Source of the DNA: Eledone cirrhosa
Lineage: Eukaryota
DNA length: 64,000 nucleotides
Reading direction: 5' to 3'
NCBI GenBank assembly: GCA_964016885.1
Contig: OZ024750.1
Span: forward strand, 6,200,001 to 6,264,000
Part shown: in pieces, positions 26,889 to 40,905 of the stretch
Position numbering within the stretch: the stretch's first letter is position 1
Layout of the letters: each line of letters starts with the position of its first letter
The notes under the pieces: generated by a model
What the model was told of the DNA's origin: nothing
The model's database searches: none
What the model saw: only the letters and a program-made list of their open reading frames with translations
Translations under genes and position numbers: made by a program

Positions 26889-27884
26889 TTAAACATACAT
26901 ACATACATATATACACACATACACACATTCAAACATCTATATTTGTATATAAACATACATACATACACGTGTTTGTTTACAAACGAATCAATAAACATTA
27001 GCGACGTAATGTAAAATGTGTACTTTGTAGAAAGCACGAGTTCTATTTCTACAAGATGTCTTCCGTGTTGGCTCGATGTCAAGACAGCACCCAGATTGTC
27101 TGAGTTCCTTCTGAAGCGGATTAGAGTGTTTACTCCTTATTTAACATCCATCTCTATTCATATTTCTCCGGCAGTGTGAAGAACAAACAAAAGACAATGT
27201 TTTTTTAAAATCAACAGCTATTGTGAACAACGCTAATTAGCAGATATTCAGAGCTTTTAAAGCAGCTCATTAAATAAAATATGTTTTATTAATTTTCTTT
27301 TATACTTTTCTATTTTGATTAATTTCTATTTTTATATCTCTATCCAGACGATACCAATTTTAGATAGCTGCAAAAACAAAACAAAACGAGGAATACGTAA
27401 AATTAAGTCAGTCATGTTTGCTAGACAAGAACTTTTCAATCGATTATTTTTGTGACAAGATCAGTTCGAAACCAAGTCACTCATAAACATTTTTTTTTTT
27501 TTTTTTTTTTCTTAAAATATTACAATTTTAGAACTATATTTCAAAAACTTATCTATTTATTGATTGGAATATTATCAGCAAAAACCATAACATATTAATG
27601 TCGAGAATTTCTAAATTGAGAAGATAAATAAAAGGAAACATCTAGAGATAAGTACGAACATCTTGACTATTATATTATTAAAATTAACCATTGTTGTTGT
27701 TATTGTCATTTTTCCTGTTTTTTTATTTGTTTTTTTTTTATTAATATTTATTGGACAAAAGACGAGGTGGCAATTTTCATGGTCATTTCAGGTCCTACCA
27801 GCAGATATAGAATTGGACATGGATGTACCAAGCCTGGATATCTGCAAGACTGTCAGCAGGACAATATTATGTATATATATGTAG

Positions 27885-28012
27885 GCCGTAATGGGTCGGG
27901 CGCCATGCTTTTTGACTAGAGTTACTTCCCTTTAGTTCAACCCCCCACCCCCACCCCACCCCGAGGTTAACTTTGCCTTACATCTTTACGGGGTCGATAA
28001 AATAAAGTACTT
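27885..28012 (+). mobile_element. Meta-domain SINE fragment
   Basis: GAGGTTAACTTTGCCTTACATCTTTACGGGGTCGATAAAATAAAGTAC. Confidence 0.8.
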
Positions 28013-28024
28013 GCTACTATATTG

Positions 28025-28268
28025 TGAAGGCGCATGGCTTAGTGGTTAGAGCATTGGGCTTGCAAACGAAAGGTTGTGAGTTCAATTCTCGGACCGGGTG
28101 ATGTTTTGTTTCCTTGAGCAAGACACTTTATTTCACGTTGCTCCAGTTTACTCAGCTGTAGAAGTGAGATGATAGGACGTGGGTCCCTATCATTAAATCA
28201 CCTAAGACACCTCCAACGAGATATACTTTGGAGGAGGTCAGCTAAACCTGCATAGGTGTGATCTGTCA
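28025..28268 (+). mobile_element. tRNA-derived CORE-type SINE (second family), apparently full length with (CA)n tail
   Basis: GGCGCATGGCTTAGTGGTTAGAGC (A box), GAGTTCAATTCTC (B box), CCTTGAGCAAGACACTTTATTTCAC core. Confidence 0.85.
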
Positions 28269-28618
28269 CACACACACACACACACATATATATTTATATA
28301 TATAAATATACTGGATCAAAACCCTCGACTAACAAATCCGTGAAGATTGTGCTCCAGTATTGCCGCAGTTTCATGACAAAGCCTTGAAAGTATTAAAAGA
28401 AATTAAAGAATTTATGAATATATTAAAATCTATTTAGTTATTTATTCCATCGAATATTTTGAAAAGAACATAAGGCTGCCGGTCTATAAACACGTGTAAC
28501 TTCGTTGCACTTTGAAAGCTGTAAGCTGATTTAAGTGCATTCATAATACATGTTTGTATAGGATTAATTTGTACTAAGTTTGTATTAAATAAATATATTT
28601 CTATTAAATCCTTGGTGA

Positions 28619-28726
28619 GTAATGTTTAATATTAGTTTCATAAATAAATAAACAAAGTAATGTTTAATATTAGTTTCATAAATAAATAAACAAAGTAATG
28701 TTTAATATTAGTTTCATAAATAAATA

Positions 28727-28732
<6 letters not shown>
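28619..28732. repeat. 38-bp tandem repeat x3
   Basis: GTAATGTTTAATATTAGTTTCATAAATAAATAAACAAA three times. Confidence 0.9.
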
Positions 28733-28762
<30 letters not shown>

Positions 28763-28914
28763 CACACATATTTATATATATATATATATATGCATGTATA
28801 TTTTTATGTTATATATATATGTATATATATATATATTATATATATATGTATATATGTATGTATATTTTTATGTTATATATATATGTGTATATATATATAT
28901 TATATATATATGTA

Positions 28915-29009
<95 letters not shown>

Positions 29010-29331
29010 TATATATATATATATGTTATATATATGTTATATATATGTTTTATATATATATATATACTGTATATATATGCAGTCTAATCCTTTAAACAAC
29101 GTTTATTCTATGATTGCAACCTTGACTGATACAGATATGTATCCTCTGTGTGAGATTGATATCAATAAAGTTCAATATCAATTTTTTTAAACTCTTATTT
29201 TGAAGTTATTTAGTTCTTTTTCAATTTTTAAAACGATTAAGCTGCATTGTTTATGATATTGCTGGAATGTTATGAGATTTATTTAAAGCACGAGAAAAAC
29301 AAAGATGTTATGATTTTATGGCTTTATCGTT

Positions 29332-29367
<36 letters not shown>

Positions 29368-29411
29368 CACGAAAAACTATAAAATCATATATATATACAC
29401 ACACACACACA

Positions 29412-29461
<50 letters not shown>

Positions 29462-29597
29462 TTTATAGTTTTATCGTTATAAATAAATATATATATAGAT
29501 ATATATATATTTGTATTGGTGTATATGTATATATAAATATATATATATATTTGTATTGATGTATATGTATATATATCTATATATATCTCTATATATT

Positions 29598-29647
<50 letters not shown>

Positions 29648-29884
29648 ATTGATATATTGATGTGTTGGCTGGCATGGATTTTCTATAGATGCTTCTATTA
29701 ATTATATTGTGTTGCTCTTAGGTTTCGTTAATATATTTGTTTCTGTACTTATAGTTGTTTATGACGGTGTTGATCATCATATTCACCATCACACCACCAC
29801 CATCACTACTATTGTTTTCATGTACACCACCATTGACTACTACAACAACAACTACTACTACTACAACAATAACACCAACAGCTG

Positions 29885-29921
<37 letters not shown>

Positions 29922-30947
29922 ATTTAATATTACTATCAACGTTATCCTTTTAGAAATTAGATCATTGAATTTCCACCAAGCAGCAAGCAAACAAAATGAT
30001 GTATCTCGGATGCAAACATAATACTATTTCATCATCCCTTCCTCACTACTACTACTACTACTACTACTACTAGCAGCAGTAGTGGTAATAGTAATAATAC
30101 TTCTCTGTCAATTGTCAGAAGATCAATAATTGCTCATGTAGGAATTGAATTTTGGTTATCGCTTAGCAATAAATGCATTTGAATCAAGAATGCATGCGAA
30201 AAGTTTCCAGATTATTCTCTTCCTTGTATTGGACCTTACAGATTGTGGTTGTCAGATTTTCATAAAGCTAATTCAAGCGTGGATAACTGCTGTTGTCTTC
30301 TCCATGCGATGTTAGCCATGGGATTTTTCAAATCCATAATGCTATATACAATCCATTCAACAGATTTGTAGTCAGTTTAAATGCCCTGGTGGATAAAATT
30401 CTTATTCAGACACTTCAGCTTAAAATAGATAATATTTTTTCATCGTCCTTCTCTTTGAGTTTCGTTCACAAACAAGATTAAGTATGTTTACAGGAAATAA
30501 ATACAAAGATGTTGTTGAATTTTAAATATCACTTAACATTAATATTTTGTATCTTCTGTGTAAGACAGTCAGAAGTAAATAGCGTACACTTTTACAATTC
30601 TTCCATCGACATACTGAGTTCAAAACTTGTCAGAATTCACTTAGCACTTTGTTCTTCAGGGAATACTAATTAAATGCTAGTAATACAAAGTAAACTTTGA
30701 TAATAAGATTACTTATTGGAAATCTATATCAAAGGAATTCAAGCAGTGACATTTCTGTAGACTACATTTTACATTTTGAGCTTACTTCTTATTGTAAAAA
30801 GTTTCAGTATAATCTAGGAGAAGTTTGGCTTTATTTCTAGCAAATAGAAGAACGACTTACACATTTACTCATTGACTCCTAAATATTGCACATATTTTGG
30901 TAAACGACAGATGAAATATACTGCTAGAGTGCAGAAGCGACAATTAA

Positions 30948-31145
30948 CCCTTTAGCATTTACATTACTCTATATATATTGTATTTTCACGGTAAAGGTTT
31001 TACCTCACATAATTATCTTACATAATAACGAGTCTATAAGTTTTTGATATTATTTATTTTGAGAACAATACCTTAATATGGCTGGTTTTAACAGAAATAG
31101 GCGAGAGAATTCTGGCCGGATACAGCCTGTTTAAATGCTAAAGGG
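30948..31145. mobile_element. piggyBac-type MITE
   Basis: TTAA target sites at 30944-30947 and 31146-31149; 14-bp TIRs CCCTTTAGCATTTA / TAAATGCTAAAGGG. Confidence 0.85.
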
Positions 31146-31742
31146 TTAAATTGTCTGAACATATTTTAATTGAGTTACGTGTTGTTTAGGATATGTTGAA
31201 ATATCATACTTTCAGCATCCTGATTGTCAGAGTCTACCATACAATGTATAGCTCTATTGGCGTTGAAATGTGTGTAATAGAAATATGCATAGTTTAATAC
31301 AATTAACTCTATCTCATAAAGTTACTATTAGCTCTAGCCAAAATCTATTTTAGCTGGTGATTACAATAACATAGCCGGGGGCCTACCATGGACTGAATTC
31401 ACATCTTGGTTTATTTTCTTCGTTGAAGGAATTTTACTCTTCTTTCCCTGAAAGACTTAAGAAGAAGACGCAAATGGTACATAGGTTTTTTTTCTTACAT
31501 TTAGTTACTGTTGTTATTTTGTACCAAGAGCAGCCTAATCTAACATACATATGACCAAAGACATTCCAGCAACGACCATCACATTTTTATTTAAATTATG
31601 TATTTAGTTGTACTCTTGGTAATATATATATTTTTAAAACAGTAAAGTGTGAATTGATATGCATTTGGCTGCCGTTTCTAAAAAGTCTTGTGACAACGTC
31701 GTTTAAATAAATGTTGTTAGGAAATTATTAATTTATAATCTA

Positions 31743-31855
<113 letters not shown>

Positions 31856-32724
31856 ATATATATATATATAGTTCAAGGAAACATCAAAACAGAGGTACTA
31901 AAAAAAAAGAGACAAGATCAAAAAGGATAGATACAGAAAATAAGACAGTTGGTGTGTGTGAGAGCGTTTCTGTGCGCTTGTGTATGTGTGTGTGTGCGCT
32001 TGTGTATGTGTGTGTGTGTGTGTATGTGTATGTGTGTGTGTGTGTGTGTGTATACGTGTGTGTGTGTGTATAGAATGGTGACGTCAGTTTTCTTCAGTTC
32101 TGGACGAGCATGTTTAAGCGAGACTCATATAAACAAAGATTCTAACACGTCTTTGAGTTTAGGCCAACAGTTATATTTGGAAGCCATAAATATGTAAAGA
32201 GACGTATAATTTATTAGGAAAGAATGGATGTGATTAAATAAAATCTGGTTTTCTCAATCAAACTGTTCTAATTTACACATTAGATTTATTTGAATTTGAG
32301 CTTCTCACGGCATTTTCAGTTGGTTTGACGGCTACGTCGCCATTTGTCATTGTTGGCTACGTATCTCATGCAAATCAACTCTCTTAACCATACACACCCT
32401 TTCTTTCCCCTCCTTCCATTGTGTCACCAAGGAGAAGCCAGTCACCTTCATTAATAACGACGGCGACATCTTTAAAGTCTATCAAAATGGACAGTGTTGT
32501 CAAGGTAACATCGCATCTTCCGGGAATGTTTCCTACACACATCGGCGGCGAAGATATTTAGCGACATTATCTCGTTCTCACCCCGCCCCCACGAACCTTC
32601 CAGAACCTTCTAGAACGATTATAGCCACCAAATATCCCATCAGAACCAGCACATTCACTATCACTGCCTTAACCGTTTCCACTAACGTTACATCATCAAC
32701 AACACCATAACAAAATGTATAACT

Positions 32725-33030
32725 CCATCCACCACCATCCTAAACCAACCTTCACCATCCACTACCATCCACCACCATCCTACATCTTCCACCACCATCC
32801 GCCACCATCCACCACCACCACCACCACCACAATCTTACACCATCTACCACCACCATCCACCACCACCATCCATCACCCTCCACCATCCACCACCACCATC
32901 CATCACCCTCCACCATCCACCATCATCCACCACCACCATCCATCACCCTCCACCATCCACCACCACCACCACCATCCACCACCACCACCACCATCCTCCA
33001 CCACCATCCATTATCACTATTACCACTATC
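32725..33030. repeat. (CCA)n-rich degenerate microsatellite
   Basis: Direct inspection. Confidence 0.9.
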
Positions 33031-33137
33031 AAATTTAGCGTCTTCAGTAAATCGTGTAATGTCACCAAAATGCCGGTTAAAAGCTATCATCATCACTCGT
33101 GTCACCTCATCGTAATAATCATTAACCTGGTCAAAAA

Positions 33138-33652
33138 CTGATATCTCATTTCCCACCACTGATATCTCGTCTGCCACCACTGATATCTCGTCTGCCACCA
33201 CTGATATCTCGTCTACCACCACTGATATCTCGTCTGCCACCACTGATATCTCGTCTGCCACCACTGATATCTCGTCTGCCACCACTGATATCTCGTCTAC
33301 CACCATTGATATCTCGTCTACCACCACTGATATCTCGTCTACCACCTCTGACATCTCGTCTACCACCTCTGACATCTCGTCTGCCACCACTGATATCTCG
33401 TCTGCCACCACTGATATCTCGTCTACCACCACTGATATCTCGTCTACCACCACCGATATCTCGTCTACCACCACTGATATCTCGTCTACCACCACTGATA
33501 TCTCGTCTGCCACCACTGATATCTCGTCTGCCACCACTGATATCTCGTCTACCACTATTGATATCTCGTCCACCACCACTGATATCTCGTCTACCACCAC
33601 TGATATTTCGTCTGCCACCACTGATATCTCGTCTACCACCACTGATATCTCC
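33138..33652. repeat. 21-bp minisatellite, about 24 copies
   Basis: Unit CCACTGATATCTCGTCT(A/G)CCA. Confidence 0.95.
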
Positions 33653-34095
33653 ACAACTATCATCATCACCATCATCATCACCACCTTCACTCTAACAATC
33701 ACCACAACTATCATCATTATCATCATCATCATAGAATGATCGATGTATCTAACGCAAGTAAATCTCTAACATCCATTAAATTCCCATCATCAACACACCC
33801 TCTCCCAAAACAACACCAACACCAACAACAACAACATTACAAATACTAGTCTTTCATCATTATCACCAAACATTCACCATACCATCACCACCACCATCAC
33901 CACCACCATCATCAGCACCATCACGTACTACTACCATTCCCACGGCCCTTTTGAATATACCACCTGCACACACCGTAACTACTTATTTATACCACTCATT
34001 ATTACGACCGTGACGACAACCACAAAAGCCCCACCCCTCACTATCAATATAGACTACTTCCTCTATTCTTTACACTGACGATTATCTTCATAGAT

Positions 34096-34264
34096 GGCGG
34101 CGGATTGGCGGTGGATTGACAGCAAAGAGTTACGGCCCTTTATGATCCGAGTTCAAATCCCGCCGAGGTTAACTTTGCCTTTCATCCTTACGGGGTAGAT
34201 AAAATAAAGTACCAGTAATGCACTGAGATAATTGTTGGTCTTGTGCCAAAAGTAGAAACAATTA
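34096..34264 (+). mobile_element. Meta-domain SINE with internal deletion and ~14-bp TSD
   Basis: Flanking ATTATCTTCATAGA / ATTATCCTCATAGA. Confidence 0.85.
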
Positions 34265-34499
34265 TCCTCATAGAAGTATTAATCACTGCACTCTCAATAG
34301 GCGTGTTATTGACAAGCCTTATTGAAATAGAGTTTCAACCCAGTGGCTCCCTCTGCTATACAACGCAGCCAAATCTACCTGAAATTACAAATTATTGTTT
34401 TAAAAACTTGAAAGGATTCATTAGATAATCTAATCTAACTTAACGCTAAAGAAATACGGCATGGTCAAGGTTTAAACATTTTTAAACTTGCACCATCCA

Positions 34500-34750
34500 C
34501 AGAGACCTATCTTTCAGCCTGAGATTCAAGAGGGACATACTCCCTCCTAATGGGATCCAGTCTATAACACATTCTGACAGCCGAGGGCTTGTGAGTATCC
34601 CCACTCCCGCCTGTGTGCGCTGTCATTTCTAGCGCCACACCTGAATAGTGGAGTTTCCATCCTCCATCTAAATCTACAGTATCAGAGGCATGAAACTTTG
34701 TTGGGGAAACCCCGGCTATGTCTAGCCGGTGGCTAAACAAGACCTGGAGC
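34500..34750 (-). mobile_element. RTE-clade LINE apurinic endonuclease N-terminal fragment
   Basis: HRLDIAGVSPTK...GGWKLHYSGVA resembles the RTE endonuclease motif YRLDIVGLxxT...GWTLxxSGV. Confidence 0.65.
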
Positions 34751-34751
34751 T

Positions 34752-35555
34752 AAATAACAATAACAACAACAACAACAACAACTATCGTCCACAACCTTTT
34801 AACTACTACAACCACAACCACCACCACAATCACCACCACAGTCACCACTACCTTCAACACTCCTACAACTAACGCTACCACAAGTAACAAAACCACTAAC
34901 AGTACAAACACCACCATCACTATCATCACTACCACCAACACTACAAGCACCACGACCAAACCACCACCACCACCCTAAACCCCCACCATGAGCACCACCA
35001 CCACCACCACCACCACAAACACTACCACCACTAAACCACGACCACAAACACTACCACCACTAATCCACCACCACCACCATCAACACTAAACCCCCACCAC
35101 AATCATCACTACCACCACCAACTGCCCCCCCCCCTCCACCACCATCAACACAACCACCACCACCATCAACACAACCACCACCACCATCAACACCAAACCA
35201 CCATCAACACCACTACCACAATTAAACCACCACCACCACCACCACAATCACCTCCACCACCATCAACACAACCACCACCACCATCAACACCAAACCACCA
35301 CCACCAGCATCAACACCACTACCACGATTAAACCACCACCATCACCACCTCTACCACCACCACCACCACCACCATCAACACAACCACCACCAACACCAAA
35401 CCACCACCACCAACACCACTACCACGATTAAACCACCACCACCACCACCTCCACCACCACCACCACAATCACCTCCACCACCATCAACACCAAACAACCA
35501 CCACCACAATCACCATCACCACCACCAACAACAACAACGACAACAACAAAAACAA
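34752..35555. repeat. (CCA/CAA)n degenerate array with higher-order units
   Basis: Direct inspection. Confidence 0.9.
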
Positions 35556-35985
35556 AGCATCTACTCTGATAAAAACCCAAATAACACGGGTATTTCCGAT
35601 AGTATTCGCTATCATCCGGAAAATTTAATTTTCCTCTGTCGTGGTTTCTGGAGATAAATTTGCCAGCAGTCATAAAACTGGTCGCCAGGACAGGGTAAGT
35701 GCAGGTCGGTCAGATGAAAACATGTCTCGTCTGCATATTGGACAACAATAGCTTTACTGGCATCGACATCGTTACTACCACCCCCACCCCCACCACTACC
35801 ACCACCACCACCACCACCGCTACCACCATCACCATCACCATTAAAAGGGTTGTAGTATGTATTCGGCGACATTATCATCCACATCATAGTCATATAATGT
35901 TTGAGACTGATACATAGAGAGAGTGAGTGTGTATCTGTGTTGTGTGTGTGTGTGCGTATTTACATATACACATATACACACACAT

Positions 35986-36071
<86 letters not shown>

Positions 36072-36075
36072 ACAC

Positions 36076-36106
<31 letters not shown>

Positions 36107-36107
36107 A

Positions 36108-36245
36108 AAAACGAAGGAAGTGTGGTACGGACCAGATGGACCATAACGCACCAGAGTACTCAATACTTTGGGTAGTAGAGTGGGTAATAGTCCAGAAATA
36201 GCCGTCGAAACGGCTTGAGCTCTGCCGTCGGGTCATACTTTCTCC
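36108..36245 (-). mobile_element. PLE-like family A copy (tail joined directly to inverted arm)
   Basis: Tail 36108-36190 on minus joined to TAGTCCAGAAATAGCCGTCGAAAC... on plus; in (TA)n. Confidence 0.8.
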
Positions 36246-36370
36246 TATATATATATATATTCATATAAATACATATAGATATAATATTTGCAAAATTGTC
36301 AATTCCTCAGTTTAAAACATGGGAATTCGAAAGAATTTTTTCAAAATATAAAAAGGAAAAAATTGACACA

Positions 36371-36424
<54 letters not shown>

Positions 36425-36689
36425 TACATTAAATAAATTCATATGTGTGCATGTGTGTGTATCTATATAAATATGCGGGTGGTATAATTTTGTGAATTGG
36501 TGTGGTGTTTGCGTTCGCGAAATGGAAGTCTCTCAATAAAGAAACATAACTCAGTTGATTTGAGCCAATCGATAAATACCCAGAAAATGATTTCTAATCT
36601 ACGCTCTGGATTTATATTATTTACGAAAGCCATTGAAGGTGTTGCTCCAGTATAGCCGCAGTCCCATACCTGTTACCATTAACATAAAG

Positions 36690-36905
36690 GTTTCAGATTT
36701 AGGTACAAGGCTAGCAATTTTGGTGGGTGCAGAGGAAAGTTGATTAAATCGACCCCTGTTCGTTACTGATACTTTATTTTATCGATCCCGTAAGGATGAA
36801 AGCAAAGTTAACCTCGGCGGGATTTGAACTCAGAATGGCAAGGGCCGTAACTGTATGCTGCAAAGCATAACGTCCGACCCTCTACCGATATTGCCAATAC
36901 ACCAC
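36690..36905 (-). mobile_element. Meta-domain SINE, long subfamily
   Basis: Full match to the consensus. Confidence 0.9.
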
Positions 36906-37263
36906 CCTATCATGGCGTCCGACCCTCTACCGATACTGCCAATCCACCACCCTATCATGGCGTCCGACCCTCTACCCATACTGCCAATACACCACCCTAT
37001 CATGGCGTCCGACCCTCTACCGATACTGCCAATACACCACCCTATCATGGCGTCCGACCCTCTACCGATACTGCCAATACACCACCCCATCATGGCGTCC
37101 GACCCTCTACCGATACTGCCAATACACCACCCCATCATGGCGTCCGACCCTCTACCGATACTGCCAATACACCACCCCATCATGGCGTCCGACCCTCTAC
37201 CGATACTGCCAATACACCACCCCATCATGGCGTCCGACCCTCTACCGATACTGCCAATCCACC
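36868..37263 (-). repeat. 45-bp minisatellite made of the SINE 5' head, about 9 copies
   Basis: Unit ATCATGGCGTCCGACCCTCTACCGATACTGCCAATACACCACCC(T/C) is essentially the reverse complement of the SINE 5' end. Confidence 0.95.
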
Positions 37264-38325
37264 AACTTCGGTAGCATTAAAATAATAAAATAATATTATC
37301 TTTGTCAATGAAAAATCTTCAACTACATTCCAGTGGCTTCAACCTTCCAAATTTGTTCATAATCTATATTGAGATAGTATTAAATATCGTCTTTGCAGAC
37401 AACATCGCGTGAATACAGAAGACATGATACCATAGGAATATGTTTTCTGATAAAAGTCTTTGAATAGAAATCACTGTGTGAAGGAGATTTTTTTATGATA
37501 TAGGAAACAATGATCATTAATTTACATCTCACAACGATTTCTTTCACACAATTTTTCTTTGATCTTTTTCATAAAAGATCTGATTAAGTGTTTCATTACG
37601 AATTATGCATTCCTGTTAAAACAAACATTGAACACAGAAAGATTTAACGAAAATTGTCCTCCCTTATTCAGCGAGGTTCATAATCCTGGCTACTACAGGA
37701 AAAAATCAACGTTTCGTCCCAAAGTCGCTACCTGATGTTCAAAACAGCGTTGATAATCCTAATTTATGGAAATATTTGATAATTATCAATCAACAATATA
37801 ATCCAAGTGAATTATCCAATTCATTAACAATTTATTTTATTGTTGTTTCAACCATAGTTATCAGCATTTTTTTTTTTACTTTGGATTTGTTAGCAGTAGG
37901 TAATGCTGAGTGTAGAAATGCCTTGGATGGGGGTTGCTACTGGGGTTGTTACTGTATTTCAATGGGTCAGACTTATCACACACTGAATCAGGCAGAATCA
38001 TCCTGGGATCAGTTTCAAGTGTACACGTGCCTCTGGAATTTCATAAGCACGCTATTTCGTTGTTCAACCAACTAAAACAATCACCTTTGGAATCAATGGG
38101 ACTTCAATTCAAATACATATATAGCTTTGTCTGTTGGTATTTATATATTTATATATATATTAAAATAACAGATTAAAGTTTAAGCAAAGAATCGCTGCTT
38201 TCACCCTTTATTTCTTTCCTGTTATTTTAATAAATATTTGCTCTACGGTTCTTATATATCTGATATATATTTATCCTTATCGAGCCTTCTTTGGATTTTA
38301 GTCTTCAAATTTATTATTATTACTA

Positions 38326-38367
<42 letters not shown>

Positions 38368-38435
38368 TCAAAATCCAGGACCTTCTCGCTCTTTTTCTCT
38401 CTGCTGTCAACCACACACACACACACACCCACACC

Positions 38436-38478
<43 letters not shown>

Positions 38479-39554
38479 TGTATATATATATCGTGTATAT
38501 ATATAAAGCATATGTATATATAATATAGAATATATATATATATATTATATTATTCATACATTTATACAATTATATTTAATACATTTATATGTACGTGACT
38601 GGAATGTTTATTTTGTGAATATGTGTATATATGCTTATATAAGAGGTTGGGGAAACAATAAATAAATAAATGAAATAAAAGACAGAAAAGTGAGAATATA
38701 ACTGCTAGAATTTAACGTGCAATACATACCAATTCTATATAAACTGCTTCATATCAGATTCTGCCGAAATATTTAAGCAGTCACATCGACACTGAGAACA
38801 GATTCGGTTCAATTCAATCTTCATGAGAATTTACTAGTTGACTTTATGATAAAAATTATAGTAATAATGAAAGTGGGGTGGTGTCGGTTGAAGGAATATA
38901 AGCTTAACTAATGACCTCCTAAGGGAATCATTCCTGCCACAAATATACCGAATTCCTCTTTGTTTTCTTCTGTTTGAAATGCTACACCTAGACTATGATA
39001 TGATGTGATGAGTAACACTAACTTTTGTTGACTTAGTCAGATTTCTAAATCTGATTTAGAAATTATTTATAACTTAAAGCCCTCAAAATTATTACTATTT
39101 GTAAATAATTTAATTGGAAATTGTTAAAATACTCATAGACTTTTCTACTTATCGTTATTAGGAGTCAATTTGCTCGATGGATTATCAGAATTGTTGGTGT
39201 ATCGGAGAAAATGTCATGCGGTGTATGTTCCATCTCTCTTTACACTTTTTCTGCAAATACCACTCAGTTCAATTTCATAATTCATGCAACTTCAGCCGAG
39301 AAAATAAAACACCAGTCAAATACTGGGTTAATATAAATACACTACACCCTTCCTAAAATATCTGGCCTTGTGCTTGTATGACACAATATTAGTGTAACTC
39401 AACAAAGAAACCTTTATGTGGTAAATCTACATGCCAGTGTCAACCAAGTCTCTTTCAAATCATTGTCTAATACTTTAAAATTAAAAGGAATGGGCACATT
39501 TGATAATATAGTCCGGGGTTGACAATGCTTAAAAAAATTAGAATATATCAATAA

Positions 39555-39768
39555 TGGTTTTTTATATAGGCGCAAGGCCAACAATTTTGGGGGAGCGGAA
39601 AGTCGATTAAATCGCCCCCAGTGCGTGACTGGTACTTTATTTTATCGACCCCGTAAGGGTGAATGGCAAAGTTAACCTCGGCGGGATTTGAACTCAGATC
39701 ATAAAGGGCCGTAACTCTATGCTGCAAAGCATGGCGTCCGACGCTCTACCGATACTGCCAATCCACCG
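39555..39768 (-). mobile_element. Meta-domain SINE, long subfamily
   Basis: Full match to the consensus. Confidence 0.9.
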
Positions 39769-40494
39769 TCATAATAAAATGATTGTGTGTGGACTGTGTT
39801 TCATCATGGGTCTGCTTAATCTCTCTTTATATTTGTGTGTGTGTATGTGTGTGTGTGTTTGTGTGTGTGTGCGCGCGTGTGCGTGTGTGTGTGTATGTGT
39901 GTGTGTATAATGTTCATTAGATGAGTTGCAACCCCAGTAGGTTTACGATAGAAAGCTTTCATTCTATAGAATGACAACGAATAGTCTAAGAAGATTATAT
40001 ACTCTAACATCAACATCAGCATCAGCATCCGCCTCAATCAGACTTTGGAGAAAGAAAAACATCATCAGCCACAAAAACAACAGCAACAACAACAACAGCA
40101 GCAACAACATAACGTACATACAATCCGTGGGTTGTTTCTCTTCCGCTAGATTCTTATCATTAACATCTAGAAGCATCTACAACTACGTTATATCTGCGGT
40201 TATCACTAAACTATAGGAAGATAAGGAAAGCACCCCGTAGGAATCTTTACTTGAAAAATGAAAGCACTTTAATCTTATTTTAGAATATTAGGACCTGGGC
40301 AAAAGCAGTCTGAGAACAAAACCTTCCTGGAGAACCCCACGCCAGGACAAACACAGTTGTTAGAATTTATAATTGTAAAATATTCCCAAACGATTTTTGT
40401 TGGAGTAAATGTAGCAGAAATATTCTCTCACTGGTGTTATGACAGTAAAAGGAGTAAAGGCCTCGCTTCTGTCACAAATGACCATGGTATTTAC

Positions 40495-40905
40495 ACCGAG
40501 AAAGCTCATCTCCAAGGCGCAAGTCAGGGCAAGTTTATTTGTGGAAGATCTACAGTCACCCATCCATACCAGTCTCCCCTCTCCACGCCACTAATGTTGT
40601 CCGAGACAAAGGCAATGGCCGATACAGCTTGGCACCAGTGACATCGCAACACACTTTTGCTCACCATACGGATTAATAGGCAAAGTCCATATTATTATAA
40701 AGCGAATCGTTATTTATGAAAATGCTATGGTATAAGGTCAGTTCTATAAACAATTTACTCTTTCAGTCGCACTCAGTCAGTCTCTACCTTACACATATTA
40801 GCTAAGTAAACTGGAACAAAGTGTCTTGCTCAGGGACACAACACATCACCCGGTCCGAGAATCGAACTCACAACCTCCAGATTGCAGGCCCAATGTTCTA
40901 ACTAG
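40495..40905 (-). mobile_element. CORE-type SINE fragments (head 40800-40905, probable body 40495-40655)
   Basis: GTGTCTTGCTCAGGGACACAACACATCACCCGGTCCGAGAATCGAACTCAC matches the second family head. Confidence 0.65.

Noticed and set aside
28025-28100. tRNA-like sequence
   Set aside because: No proper acceptor stem and it continues into a SINE body; it is a SINE head
32923-33732. 269-aa (DEISVVV)n ORF
   Set aside because: Open only because the 21-bp minisatellite unit is a multiple of 3 without stops
36830-37274. Repetitive 132/139-aa ORFs; superficially CRISPR-like array
   Set aside because: Tandem copies of a SINE head with no unique spacers and no cas genes; eukaryotic context
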